A DNA stretch of 64,000 nucleotides, from the NCBI GenBank assembly GCA_005799825.1, contig SYFT01000006.1, forward strand, positions 52,130 to 116,129. The letters run 5' to 3'. The position numbers and the translations under genes were made by a program. The notes beneath the pieces are model-generated. The model was not told where the DNA came from, ran no database searches, and saw only the letters and a program-made list of their open reading frames with translations. How positions within the stretch are numbered: position 1 is the first letter of the stretch; each line of letters begins with the position of its first letter. The stretch is from Acidobacteriota bacterium (GTDB taxonomy: Bacteria; Acidobacteriota; Vicinamibacteria; Vicinamibacterales; SCN-69-37). Of this stretch, positions 1 to 9,119 are shown in pieces.

Positions 1-1301
1 CCGTTCTGCACGGGCGTGTACGCGGGCGGCGGCACGTCCGGCGTCTGTGACTCGAATGTGCGGCGCGTGCCGGCCAGACCCGTGGCGGGCAGTGCCGTGA
101 ACGCCGACGCTGCAATCGTGGCCACGCGGGCGCGCAGCGGCGTGACGTCACCTTTGCCGTCAGGATGCACCCGGTTGGACATGAACACGACGAACACCTG
201 CGTGGCCGGGTCCACCCAAAGCGACGTGCCGGTGAAACCCGTGTGGCCGAAGGAGCCGATGGGCAGCAGTTCGCCGCGGTTGGAGGAATAGGACGAGTCC
301 ATGTCCCAACCGAGGCCACGCACACTGGGCAGGCCATCGGGCGTGGACGGACTTGTCATTCGCGCCACCGCCAGCGGCGAGAGCACACGGGCGCCGCCCA
401 GGTCCCCGCCACGCAGCAACATGCGTGCGAATCGTGCGGTGTCGTCGGCAGTGCTGAAGAGACCCGCGTGTCCGGCCACGCCACCCATACGGCGCGCAGT
501 GGGGTCGTGCACGATGCCGCGAAGCATCTGGGCGCCAGGACCGGCGCAGGGCCATCCGTACTGCGTGCACACCTCGGTCGGTGCGATGCGGCCGCGCAAC
601 GCTGCCGGCGGCATGAACATCGTGTCCTTCATGCCGAGCGGTCGAAACAGGCGCGCGCCGACAAATTGTTCAAAGGGCTGCCCGCTGACTCTGGCCACGA
701 TGTCTGCCAGCAGGAAGAACCCGATATCGCTGTAGACGAACTGCCGGCCGGGCGCGGAGCCAAGCACTTCGTCGTTCGCGAGTGTGATGGCTGCCTCGTA
801 GCCGACCCACGGGTCGGCCAGGTCCACATCGGGCCGAAGGCCTGACATGTGCGTCAGAAGGTGACGGACGGTGACACGGTCTTTGCCGTACTTCGCGAAC
901 TCAGGGATGAACTGCGCCACCGGATCGCTCAGGCGAACCTTGCCGTCTTCGACGAGCATCATCACGGCGCTTGTGGTGGCGATGACTTTGGTCAGCGAGG
1001 CCATGTCGAACATCGTGCCGACAGTCATCGTCTCGGGGGCGGGCATCAACGCGCGATGGCCGTACGCTTTTCGAAAAACGACCGTGTCACCGCGGCCGAC
1101 CAGCACCACGGCGCCTGGCAGCTTTTTTTCGGCGATTGCCTCGGCGACGACTTCGTCGATCTTCGCAAGCCGCGCGGCATCCACCCGTGCCGCTCCAGCG
1201 GGCGTTGGCGAGGCCACCTGCGCCTGAGGCATCATCACCGCCGCTGCCCAGGCCACCACTCCGCATGCTACCAGCCACGGGCGCCGTTGTTCTCGCGTCA
1301 T
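1..1301 (-). CDS. serine hydrolase, beta-lactamase/PBP-like family; C-terminus runs off the left window edge
   Basis: Missing from the supplied ORF track because it has no stop inside the window. My own minus-strand translation from the ATG at 1301..1299 gives MTREQRRPWLVACGVVAWAAAVMMPQAQVASPTPAG...GTMFDMASLTKVIATTSAVMMLVEDGKVRLSDPVAQFIPEF...YSDIGFFLL...GSFGHTGFTGTSLWVDP... It has a signal peptide, an S-x-x-K motif (SLTK), YSD at the Y-x-N position and HTG at the KTG position. The frame stays open to base 1. Confidence 0.8.
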   Translation of the reverse strand, partial: MTREQRRPWLVACGVVAWAAAVMMPQAQVASPTPAGAARVDAARLAKIDEVVAEAIAEKKLPGAVVLVGRGDTVVFRKAYGHRALMPAPETMTVGTMFDMASLTKVIATTSAVMMLVEDGKVRLSDPVAQFIPEFAKYGKDRVTVRHLLTHMSGLRPDVDLADPWVGYEAAITLANDEVLGSAPGRQFVYSDIGFFLLADIVARVSGQPFEQFVGARLFRPLGMKDTMFMPPAALRGRIAPTEVCTQYGWPCAGPGAQMLRGIVHDPTARRMGGVAGHAGLFSTADDTARFARMLLRGGDLGGARVLSPLAVARMTSPSTPDGLPSVRGLGWDMDSSYSSNRGELLPIGSFGHTGFTGTSLWVDPATQVFVVFMSNRVHPDGKGDVTPLRARVATIAASAFTALPATGLAGTRRTFESQTPDVPPPAYTPVQN

Positions 1302-1510
1302 GGCGGCAATTATACGGGCGGCAGGCCGCCTCAAGCTGGGCCTTGCCACCGACTTTAGACTGACGACTATCTGGCCGCGTTCGCCCAGTCTGCGTCCGCC
1401 ACCCTGGTCACGCTCGACCGGAAGGTCCGAACAAGATACCCTACAGTAGACGTGCTCGCGCTGGCGTAGCCGATTCCTGCTAATGTTCCTCTGGAGGCTC
1501 CAGATACATC

Positions 1511-2473
1511 GTGACGACTGACACGCTTCGCCCCCGAATACTTGTGCTTCTAGCCGGGCTGCTCGGCCTTGCGGTCACGTTCGGGGCGTTCACGACGCCC
1601 GGACTGACGGCAACGAGCCAGGAAGAAAAGAGTCTTTATCTCACTGTCGTCGACAAAGACGGCAAGTCGGTGACGGACCTGACGACGCCGGAAGTCCTCA
1701 TTCGCGAAGACAACCAGGACCGCGAAGTGGTGAGCGTGAAACGGGCGACGGCACCTATGGCCATTGTGCTTCTGGCGGACACAACGACAAATGCCGGCGA
1801 GGGCTCGATGATGAGCGGCCGGGGCAGTCAAGGCGTCGGCCTCGGCACGTTCTCGCCCGAACTCATCCGGGACATCCGCAAGGCGATCGGCGGGTTCGTG
1901 AAAGACATGGCGGCCGCCAGTCCTGAAACGCAGATGGAGTTGATGGAGTTCGGCCAGGCGGCGATCACCATCACGAAGATGACGTCAAACGTTGCGGACC
2001 TCGACAAGGGCGTGGCGCGCTTGTTCCCAAAGCCCGGGGCGGCTTCCGTACTGCTCGAGGCGATTATCGAGGCCAGCAAGTCGCTGTCGAAAACCAAGAC
2101 GCCTCGCCGGAACATCGTCGCCCTCAATATTGAGCCCGGCGACGAGCAGAGCCGCCAGAACATCCGCCAGTTGCATGAAGAACTGTCGAAGTCACACGCC
2201 AACCTGTGGGCGGTCTCGTTGCAGCCTGGCACGAATCAGAACGCGGCGCGCGGCCTGGTGCTCGAACAGTTGACCGCCAACACCGGCGGCCGGCGTGAGT
2301 TCATCCACGCCGAGTCGGCGCTCGAGACCATGATGAAGAACATCGTGGACAACCTGAACCACCAGTACGAAGTGACCTACAAGCGGCCCGGCGGCGGTAG
2401 GGCACAGGGCGTGCTCGTAGGTGTCCGGCGTGACGGCCTGAAGCTCTACGCCAACCGGATCCCACCGCAGTAG
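1511..2473 (+). CDS. secreted VWA-like protein, Acidobacteria-type (TIGR03436-like) paralog 1
   Basis: 320-aa ORF with a GTG start and GGAGG 13 nt upstream. Hydrophobic N-terminus LVLLAGLLGLAVTFGAF. The N-terminal motif LYLTVVDKDGKSVTDLTTPEVLIREDNQDREVVSV is shared with the ORFs at 4685 and 6866. The VWA-like core has a degenerate MIDAS position (LLADTTTN). Confidence 0.6.
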   Translation: MTTDTLRPRILVLLAGLLGLAVTFGAFTTPGLTATSQEEKSLYLTVVDKDGKSVTDLTTPEVLIREDNQDREVVSVKRATAPMAIVLLADTTTNAGEGSMMSGRGSQGVGLGTFSPELIRDIRKAIGGFVKDMAAASPETQMELMEFGQAAITITKMTSNVADLDKGVARLFPKPGAASVLLEAIIEASKSLSKTKTPRRNIVALNIEPGDEQSRQNIRQLHEELSKSHANLWAVSLQPGTNQNAARGLVLEQLTANTGGRREFIHAESALETMMKNIVDNLNHQYEVTYKRPGGGRAQGVLVGVRRDGLKLYANRIPPQ

Positions 2474-2489
2474 CGCGGATTCCAGGACC

Positions 2490-4610
2490 ATGATTCGTCG
2501 CGGGGTGTCCGTGGGCCTGGCGGCCCTTGTGGTGGCCGCCGGCACGGCCTGGCTGCTGAACCGTACGCCCGCGTACGACCTCAGCCAGCAGGCCGACCAA
2601 AACATCCTGCTCATCACCATCGACACCCTGCGCGCCGACGCGCTGGGGTCGTATGGTGGCAGGGCGGCCACGCCGCACCTGGACGCACTGGCATCACAGG
2701 GCGCGAGGTTCACATTCGCACACGCCCACGCGGTCGTGACGCTGCCCTCACACACCTCCATTCTCACAGGGCAGCTGCCGTACGAACACGGCATGCGCGA
2801 CAACGCCGGCTTTCGCGTGAAAGACGGCACGGCCACACTCGCCACGCGGCTGAAGCCGCTGGGGTTTGCCACGGGAGCTTTCGTCGGAGGTTTCCCCCTC
2901 ACCAAGCGGTTCGGCCTGTCGCCGGGGTTTGACGTGTACGACGACCAGATCAGCGAGATGAAGAGCGACGTGACCTTCACGCTGCCTGAACGGCGGGCCG
3001 ATGAAGTGGTGACACGCGCGCTCGATTGGGTCCGCCGCACGCCCGGAAAGTTCTTCGGGTGGGTGCACGTCTTCGACCCGCATTCCCCATACAAACCGCC
3101 CGCCGAGTTCGCCGGCAAGTCGCCCCGCCCGTACGACGACGAAGTGTCGTGGGTGGACCACGCACTCGAGCCACTGCTGACGCACCTGGCCACGCTGTCG
3201 AGGCCCACCACGGTGATCGTCACGTCCGACCACGGCGAGAGCCTGGGCGAACATGGCGAAGAAACCCACGGCATGTTCGCGTACGAGGCGACCTTGCGCG
3301 TGCCTCTGATTGTGGCGACCATCCAGCCGGCCGGCGCCATCGCGAAGACACGCGGGACAACGATCGACACCCCGGCCCGCCATATCGACATTGCACCGAC
3401 CGTGCTCGATGCCGTCGGCGTTCCCGTCGACCCGAAATGGCTGGGCACATCGTTGCGCCCGCTGATCGCCGATGGCGACGGTCCCGACCGGCCGAGCTAC
3501 TTCGAATCCATGAGCTTCAATCTCGTACGCGGCTGGGCACCGCTCCGTGGCGTGCTGCAGGAACGCACGAAATACATCGACCAGCCGATCCCCGAAATCT
3601 ACGACCTGGCCGCGGACCCGGGCGAGGCAAGCAACCTCGCGACCCGCCAGTCCGACCGCCTTCAAGTACTGACGAATCTGCTCCGCACCTTCAGCACGGC
3701 GCCGCCGGATCGACCGGGACAAATTTCAGCCTCGGAGCGGGAAGCCCTGCGGTCACTGAGCTACATCGCAGGCAGCGCTCCTGAGCGCACGGTGTTCACG
3801 GAAGCCGACGACCTCAAGAACCTGGTCACCCTCGATCGCGACCTGCATCGGGCCTCCGAATTGTTTCGGGAGAATCGAACGGCTGAAGGCGTGCAGATGC
3901 TCCGCAGCGTCATCTCCCGTCGTCCCGACACGGCCGACGCGTATATTTCGTTGGCCTATTCGGAGTGGGAATCGGGCCAGTGGCCGGCAGCGATCGCCAC
4001 GCTCGAGGCGGGCCTGGCGGCCGGCGCCCCTGACCGTGACCTCCGTATCAGGCTGGGCATCTACCTGGCTGAGAGTGGCACCAACCTCCCGAAGGCGATT
4101 GCCCTCCTCGAGTCGCTGCCGGACACCGACGTGGAAGGCCTCAACTCCCTCGGCCTGGCCTATGGCCGCGCCGGGCGCTTTCGGGACGCGATTGCCGCGT
4201 TCCAGAAAATCCTCGCGCTCGATGCCACGAGCGCCCTCGCACACCAGAACATTGCGACGATGCTGCTGGAGGAGGCGGGGAGGCCCGGCGGTGACCGCGG
4301 CGCGAAATTGCGCGAAGCGGAACAGTTCGCGCGACGAGCGGTGGACCTCGACTCGTCACTGGCCAAAGGCTTCACTACTCTGGGAGTCATCCTGGCCCAG
4401 ACCAACCGGAGGCCTGACGCGATCGAAAGTTGGAAGCGCGCAGCACAGTTGGATCCGGAGGAATTCGACGCCCTCTACAACCTGATCGTGTTGCTCGCCG
4501 ACGCGGGCCGCATCGGCGAAGCACGCACCTACGGTGAGCAGTACGTGAGGACGGCTCCGCCGCAACTGGCCGGCGATGTGGAAGCCATCCGGCAACTCCT
4601 GAGGCGATGA
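2490..4610 (+). CDS. membrane-anchored sulfatase-fold (alkaline phosphatase superfamily) hydrolase/transferase fused to C-terminal TPR repeats
   Basis: 706 aa with an N-terminal TM segment. It carries LLITIDTLRADALGSYGG and VVTLPSHTSILTG, where the sulfatase C/S-x-P-x-R box reads T-L-P-S-H, so a formylglycine nucleophile is not expected. TSDHGESLGEHGE is also present. The C-terminal ~250 aa are TPR-like (AYISLAYSEWESGQW, ALAHQNIATMLLE, NLIVLLADAGRIGEA). Confidence 0.8.
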   Translation: MIRRGVSVGLAALVVAAGTAWLLNRTPAYDLSQQADQNILLITIDTLRADALGSYGGRAATPHLDALASQGARFTFAHAHAVVTLPSHTSILTGQLPYEHGMRDNAGFRVKDGTATLATRLKPLGFATGAFVGGFPLTKRFGLSPGFDVYDDQISEMKSDVTFTLPERRADEVVTRALDWVRRTPGKFFGWVHVFDPHSPYKPPAEFAGKSPRPYDDEVSWVDHALEPLLTHLATLSRPTTVIVTSDHGESLGEHGEETHGMFAYEATLRVPLIVATIQPAGAIAKTRGTTIDTPARHIDIAPTVLDAVGVPVDPKWLGTSLRPLIADGDGPDRPSYFESMSFNLVRGWAPLRGVLQERTKYIDQPIPEIYDLAADPGEASNLATRQSDRLQVLTNLLRTFSTAPPDRPGQISASEREALRSLSYIAGSAPERTVFTEADDLKNLVTLDRDLHRASELFRENRTAEGVQMLRSVISRRPDTADAYISLAYSEWESGQWPAAIATLEAGLAAGAPDRDLRIRLGIYLAESGTNLPKAIALLESLPDTDVEGLNSLGLAYGRAGRFRDAIAAFQKILALDATSALAHQNIATMLLEEAGRPGGDRGAKLREAEQFARRAVDLDSSLAKGFTTLGVILAQTNRRPDAIESWKRAAQLDPEEFDALYNLIVLLADAGRIGEARTYGEQYVRTAPPQLAGDVEAIRQLLRR

Positions 4611-4630
4611 TGTTTTTCGTTGCGCGTAGT

Positions 4631-4678
4631 GGACTCGGGCTCGAGTAACAGCCCGATCCGCGTTCCCCGAGCTACGAC
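4631..4678. repeat. degenerate copy of the dispersed REP/MITE-like repeat (copy D)
   Basis: GGGCTCGAGTAACAGCCCGA (4637-4656) and CCGAGCTACG (4667-4676) resemble the unit GGSCTTGARAACCAGSCCGAGCTACGTTC seen at 20083, 44000 and 60107. The copy sits in the gap between two convergent genes. Confidence 0.35.
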
Positions 4679-4684
4679 CGAATT

Positions 4685-6796
4685 TCAGCGCTTTCTAACT
4701 GTCGCGATCGCTGCGCCGGCCTGTTGGCCACCGACGCGGACGTTGGCGCGCAGGCGGTAGACGCCCGGCTTGAGGTCGTCGATCGGATACTCGACCGCTA
4801 CGCGCAGAACGCCGGGCGAAAACTGCGGCACCACTTCGCGCTCGTCGACGGGGTCGGTCTCTCCTGCGCGCGTGAGAATCAGCTCCACCTCGACGTCGTT
4901 CTTCAGTGCGTCGATCATGCCGGGGGCGCCTCCCGAGGGCGCGTAGAGTTCCAACAGCGCCTGGAGGCTTGTGGCCGCCGGCGGCAGTTCTTCAAGCGCC
5001 ATGCCGTGCGGTTGCCCCTTGGCGTCCACCCACGCGATGATCAAATCGCTGGCGGCAAACGGTCCCATCGAACTGAGCTCGGCCTCAACCGGAACCTCCA
5101 GCGCGCCCAGAGCGCCTGTGGCATCAGCCACGGCCAGCCGCAATCGATACGAGCCGGGTTCCGCCGGCAGCGACACGGACACCGTGAACGGCTCGCCGGT
5201 TGCGGGCACGCCGATCTCGCGGCGGCCGGTGGTGATCGCGCCCAGTGAGGCGCCGTCCTTCACCAATCCGAACATCGCCACCAGCGGCCCGCGCACGGTG
5301 CTCGGGATCTCCGCGTTCACGTTGAGGTCAAGGGCAGACGATGATGACCGGCGGAGAGCGGTGGCCACCTTGAGCGGCACCGCGCCGTGAGACTGGCCTT
5401 GGCCGATGGCCGCCCTAAGTCTGTCGTCCACGGTGGGCACCGCGGCGGCCAGGACTGACGACGCAGGCGCCACACCGTGTCGGTTGGCAAGCACCGTCAA
5501 TCCACGGCGCCTCACTTTGGCCTCGACGCTTGTGATGCGTGACGGATCCACGTCGGGCGGTGGCTCGATGCCTAGACGATAGACAGCAGCACTGGCGTTT
5601 CGCACGCGTGCGAAGAACGTATCGGGCTGGCCGATGATCCGGTAGAACTGCCCGCCCGCCATCTCGGCGGCCAATTGTCCGCCCGCAAGAAACATCTTGT
5701 TGTCTTCAATGCGGCGCTGCGGCGCACCGGTGTCGGCCTGTGCCGTCACCGAAGGCGCCACCTGATGGCGCCCCGCGTCGGTCAGGCTGAGGTCCCGCTC
5801 TTCCATCAGCACGCTCACTTGAACGCCTGCCGCGGCGGCCGCACGAGCCACAGGCGTGAGTTCGTCGGCCCTGCGGCCGACGGCGAGCCCGTCCGACAGC
5901 AGCACCAGATGCTTCAACCCTGTCGCCGCGCGCATCGCGTCGATCACCGAGACGTACGCGGACACCTGTCGCCGGGTAGTCTGTCGGGTGCGGGACGCGA
6001 TGGTACGCGCCTGCCGGCTGACTTGTCCGGCGCAGTTATTGTTCGCGATGACCACCTCGAGTGCCTGCGCATCCACGGTGGATCGATCCCCGTTGAAACA
6101 CGCCCGGGCAATCGCCACTTTAAGTTCCTCGAGATTCCCATCGTCGATCTCGATGGCCTGGTGAACACCCACCGAACCGTCTGCGTCAGGCTCTGCAGTC
6201 TCGGCGGCGGGAGCACCGACAGGAGTCAGCGCCTGCGGATTGCCCCCCTCGCCCGCTGCCTTGGCGAGCACCGCCCGGACACGCGGTCGGTCGGCCGTCG
6301 GATTAACGGCGGCTGACCCGCTGGTCGTGGCGATGCCCACAAGATCGACGGCCGGTAGAGCGTCCACGAACTTCTTTGCCGCCTGAAACAGCGCCTGGCC
6401 GCGCATCGGCTCAAACGACAAGTCATCGATCAGCAGGACGAATACGCGGTCTTCGCCGGCCTTGATGGCGGCTGCCACGACGCCCTCATTGGTGACCGTC
6501 TGCCGCCCCTGCCGGACGCCTTCAGGAGCCTCGGCTAGTTTCGGCACAACGGCTACGGCGGTCGGGGCCAACTCCCCGGCTGCCTGCACGAAGCTCAGCA
6601 CCTTGACAGGACGTACCTTGCCGTTGAGTCTTACCTCAAAATCACTGGCCGCGAGACCGGCCACAGGCTTACCGTCCCGGTCGAGAACGGACACATCCAT
6701 GGTCACGAGCGTGACCGCGCTCCGGAACGTCGGCAGTTGCTGCGACTGAGGCGACAACGCCGTCACCAACGTCAGCGCCAGACAGACATACCGCAT
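4685..6796 (-). CDS. secreted VWA-like protein, Acidobacteria-type (TIGR03436-like) paralog 2, with a long C-terminal extension
   Basis: 703 aa with a signal peptide. It has the motif TFRSAVTLVTMDVSVLDRDGKPVAGLAASDFEVRLNGKVRPVKVLSF, followed by a VWA-like core (VFVLLIDDLSFEP). Confidence 0.7.
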   Translation of the reverse strand: MRYVCLALTLVTALSPQSQQLPTFRSAVTLVTMDVSVLDRDGKPVAGLAASDFEVRLNGKVRPVKVLSFVQAAGELAPTAVAVVPKLAEAPEGVRQGRQTVTNEGVVAAAIKAGEDRVFVLLIDDLSFEPMRGQALFQAAKKFVDALPAVDLVGIATTSGSAAVNPTADRPRVRAVLAKAAGEGGNPQALTPVGAPAAETAEPDADGSVGVHQAIEIDDGNLEELKVAIARACFNGDRSTVDAQALEVVIANNNCAGQVSRQARTIASRTRQTTRRQVSAYVSVIDAMRAATGLKHLVLLSDGLAVGRRADELTPVARAAAAAGVQVSVLMEERDLSLTDAGRHQVAPSVTAQADTGAPQRRIEDNKMFLAGGQLAAEMAGGQFYRIIGQPDTFFARVRNASAAVYRLGIEPPPDVDPSRITSVEAKVRRRGLTVLANRHGVAPASSVLAAAVPTVDDRLRAAIGQGQSHGAVPLKVATALRRSSSSALDLNVNAEIPSTVRGPLVAMFGLVKDGASLGAITTGRREIGVPATGEPFTVSVSLPAEPGSYRLRLAVADATGALGALEVPVEAELSSMGPFAASDLIIAWVDAKGQPHGMALEELPPAATSLQALLELYAPSGGAPGMIDALKNDVEVELILTRAGETDPVDEREVVPQFSPGVLRVAVEYPIDDLKPGVYRLRANVRVGGQQAGAAIATVRKR

Positions 6797-6865
6797 GTGA
6801 CCATCCTACCCCCGAGGCGGGTGTAGAATCGCACTACCAGCCTCGATCGCTTCCGGAGCCCGCGC

Positions 6866-8146
6866 ATGCGCAATTACCGCAGCCTCGCCTGTGTCATTCT
6901 CGGTCTTGTGGCCTTGTGGAGCGGTGGTGTGGCCACCCAGTCCGTTCCGCCGACCCAGGCGCCGCCTCAGGCCACCTTCCGTACCATCACCTCGCTCGTC
7001 GAAGTGGATGTGGTCATTCACGACAAGAAGGGCGACTTCGTCGGCGGGTTGACCGCTGACGACCTGCAGCTGTTTGAAGACGGCACGGCCCAGAAGATCG
7101 AACAGTTCTATATGGTCTCGCACGAGCGGGGCGGGCAGCTCATCCCGGTCACCGGCGACCAGGACGTGACACCTGAAGACCGCGCGCGGCGCATCTTCGT
7201 AGTGATGTTCGACGAGGGCCACCTGGCCCACGACTCGCTGATGCGCAGCAAGGCCGGCGTGGCCACGTTCATCAAAGAGAACATCGGGCCAGGCGATTTT
7301 GGAGGAATCTTCCTGAACGGCAAGATGCACAATGGGCGCCTGACGACGAGTCCGGCTGAACTTCTGGCCGGCGTCGGCAGCGTGACGATGGGCTTTGAGA
7401 ACCGGCAGTCGATCCTCTCGACGTTCCGCGAATTCCCCAGGATCCCGAGCGAAATCGACGCCATGCGTATCTCGGAAGGGTCGATTGAGGTGGCGCGGCG
7501 CCTGGGCGCGGCCGTCTGCCAGGAGGACCCCCAGTCGTGCGCGCTCAACGGCGGCCTGAACCAGGTGGAGAACCTCATCCAACAGAAGTCGCGTCTGTAC
7601 GTGCGCCAGGCGCGCATCCTGACATATGCAACGCTGCAAAATCTGCGGTATGTCGTCAGCCGCCTCAGTCGCATCCCAGGCCGGAAGACTTTAATCTTCC
7701 TCTCAGAAGGGTTTTTCGTGGAGGAATCTCGCGACGACCTGCTCGCCATCGGCGCGGACGCGGCGCGCGGTGGGACGACGATCTACTCAATCGACGGCCG
7801 CGGCCTGATTGGTACGCCCTCGGCGACGTCGGACGCGCTGCGCACGGAAGCCGGCCGGTCTACGTCTTTTGATAGCGGTGAGGTCGCACCGTTCCTGCTG
7901 ACGTCGGCCACGGGCGGTCTGCGCATCCAGAACATCGACTTCATCAGCCGTGCGTTGAACATCGTGGTGCGCGACACGAGCACGTACTATGTGATTGGGT
8001 ATCGTCCCAACAACGCTGTCATGGACGGCAAGTTCCGAAAGATTGAAGTGAAGGCGAACGTGTCGGGCGTCAATGTCCGCTCGCGCAAGGGCTATGCCGC
8101 CGTGGCCCTGCCGCCCATGCAGGCCGTGCGCGAAGGTTGGAAGTAG
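6866..8146 (+). CDS. secreted VWA-like protein, Acidobacteria-type (TIGR03436-like) paralog 3
   Basis: 426 aa with a signal peptide. It has ATFRTITSLVEVDVVIHDKKGDFVGGLTADDLQLFEDGTAQKIEQF and a VWA-like core (IFVVMFDEGHL ... TLIFLSEGF). Confidence 0.7.
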   Translation: MRNYRSLACVILGLVALWSGGVATQSVPPTQAPPQATFRTITSLVEVDVVIHDKKGDFVGGLTADDLQLFEDGTAQKIEQFYMVSHERGGQLIPVTGDQDVTPEDRARRIFVVMFDEGHLAHDSLMRSKAGVATFIKENIGPGDFGGIFLNGKMHNGRLTTSPAELLAGVGSVTMGFENRQSILSTFREFPRIPSEIDAMRISEGSIEVARRLGAAVCQEDPQSCALNGGLNQVENLIQQKSRLYVRQARILTYATLQNLRYVVSRLSRIPGRKTLIFLSEGFFVEESRDDLLAIGADAARGGTTIYSIDGRGLIGTPSATSDALRTEAGRSTSFDSGEVAPFLLTSATGGLRIQNIDFISRALNIVVRDTSTYYVIGYRPNNAVMDGKFRKIEVKANVSGVNVRSRKGYAAVALPPMQAVREGWK

Positions 8147-8148
8147 CT

Positions 8149-9036
8149 CTACTTGATCGTGACCTTGACCTCGAAGCGCCGGTAATTGCGGTAGTCGGCC
8201 ACGCTGCGAATCTCCTCGAATTGCGTCTGAATTCGCGTGCGGGGATCGGACCCCACCTGCCCTCGGGCGCCCTCAAGATAGTGTTCGATGAACCTGGTCG
8301 GCACCCACATGCCGAGCCGGGCCTCCAGGGCGTATTCCGTGGTCAATTCGGCCTGCACCGCACCCAGCGTGGCTTTCAGTATCGCCTGCTTGATGCGGCC
8401 GGTGGTCGCGTGCACAACGAACTCTCCGGTTGAGGGCACGGGCGAGCGTGACAGGTCCTGTAGCAGCGTGTCTGGCACACGGGCTTCCTTCGCGGCGATC
8501 GTCACCCAGACGCCATCCGCCCTCTTTTGCACACGCCTACGCTCGAATGTGACGTGAGGGCGATAACGATCAGCTAGCAGCAGGAGGCTCAGGGTTGGCT
8601 CGTTAAAGTTGTGGACAATGCGGCCCAGATTGAACCGCGAGTTGTATCGTTTGAATGTCCTGGCGACCTCGTCGGGCGGGAGCCTGCGCAGGGCTTCGCG
8701 CAGGTTGGGCCGGTCGTTGATGGCCTTGCCGTTTTGTGCGAGCACGTCACGGATGGCCATCCAGTCGCTGCCGGGCGCGTACATAAAAAACACCTCACTC
8801 TGAAGGGTCCTCAGGCGTGGCATGGTCTCTTCGCGCGGCGCCTGACCATGAATCTGCTGCCGGTATTCCTCGTTGGCCAGGATGGCAGTCAGTTCACGCT
8901 GGTAGCCATTGACGTAGGCGACGGCTGCCGCCACCACGGTGTCGAGGCTCGTGGAGTCCTCGACGGCCGCGCGCTGCCGCGCCCCCAGCGGCAGAGTGGC
9001 AGCGACTAGCAGGCTCAGGACGAGCGCACGTCTCAC
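8149..9036 (-). CDS. hypothetical secreted protein
   Basis: The ORF track gives 8149..9060 with a TTG start. I prefer the GTG at 9036 because AAGGAGG lies 5 nt upstream and it yields VRRALVLSLLVAATLPLGA as a signal peptide. No family recognised. Confidence 0.55.
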   Translation of the reverse strand: MRRALVLSLLVAATLPLGARQRAAVEDSTSLDTVVAAAVAYVNGYQRELTAILANEEYRQQIHGQAPREETMPRLRTLQSEVFFMYAPGSDWMAIRDVLAQNGKAINDRPNLREALRRLPPDEVARTFKRYNSRFNLGRIVHNFNEPTLSLLLLADRYRPHVTFERRRVQKRADGVWVTIAAKEARVPDTLLQDLSRSPVPSTGEFVVHATTGRIKQAILKATLGAVQAELTTEYALEARLGMWVPTRFIEHYLEGARGQVGSDPRTRIQTQFEEIRSVADYRNYRRFEVKVTIK

Positions 9037-9058
9037 GCGGCCTCCTTGAGTGGCAGGC

Positions 9059-9095
9059 AAAAAAAACGGCCCCGGGCATTGTATGCCCGGGGCCG
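9059..9095 (-). terminator. Rho-independent terminator downstream of the TonB-dependent receptor gene
   Basis: On the minus strand: CGGCCCCGGGCAT-ACA-ATGCCCGGGGCCG, a 13-bp perfect stem with a 3-nt loop, followed by TTTTTTTT. Confidence 0.85.
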
Positions 9096-9119
9096 GTATG
9101 TTGTTCGCTTACGCCCTGT

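Noticed and set aside
2192-3448. Long antisense ORFs opposite real genes: 2192..3448, 14510..15592, 18236..19828, 28917..30368, 44167..45129, 16367..17236, 17023..17856, 20049..20714 and many shorter ones.
   Set aside because: These are typical stop-codon-poor shadow frames of a high-GC genome. Their translations are Arg/Gly/Pro/His-rich with no recognisable motifs, and each lies entirely inside a gene with strong family signatures on the other strand.
3494-3512. A TTCGAATCC T-loop-like motif preceded by GGCCGAGCTAC, which also matches part of the dispersed repeat.
   Set aside because: It lies inside the sulfatase coding frame (PSYFESMSF) with no acceptor or anticodon stems around it. The 11-nt match to the repeat is short enough to be chance.
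8141-8154. The palindrome AAGTAGCTCTACTT formed by the two convergent stop codons (VWA paralog 3 and the 295-aa orphan). A similar TGATCA occurs at the yqaA/DUF1501 junction (33635-33640).
   Set aside because: The stem is only 6 bp with a 2-nt loop, too small for a functional hairpin. It is a by-product of two genes each ending Lys-stop (or just stop) tail to tail.
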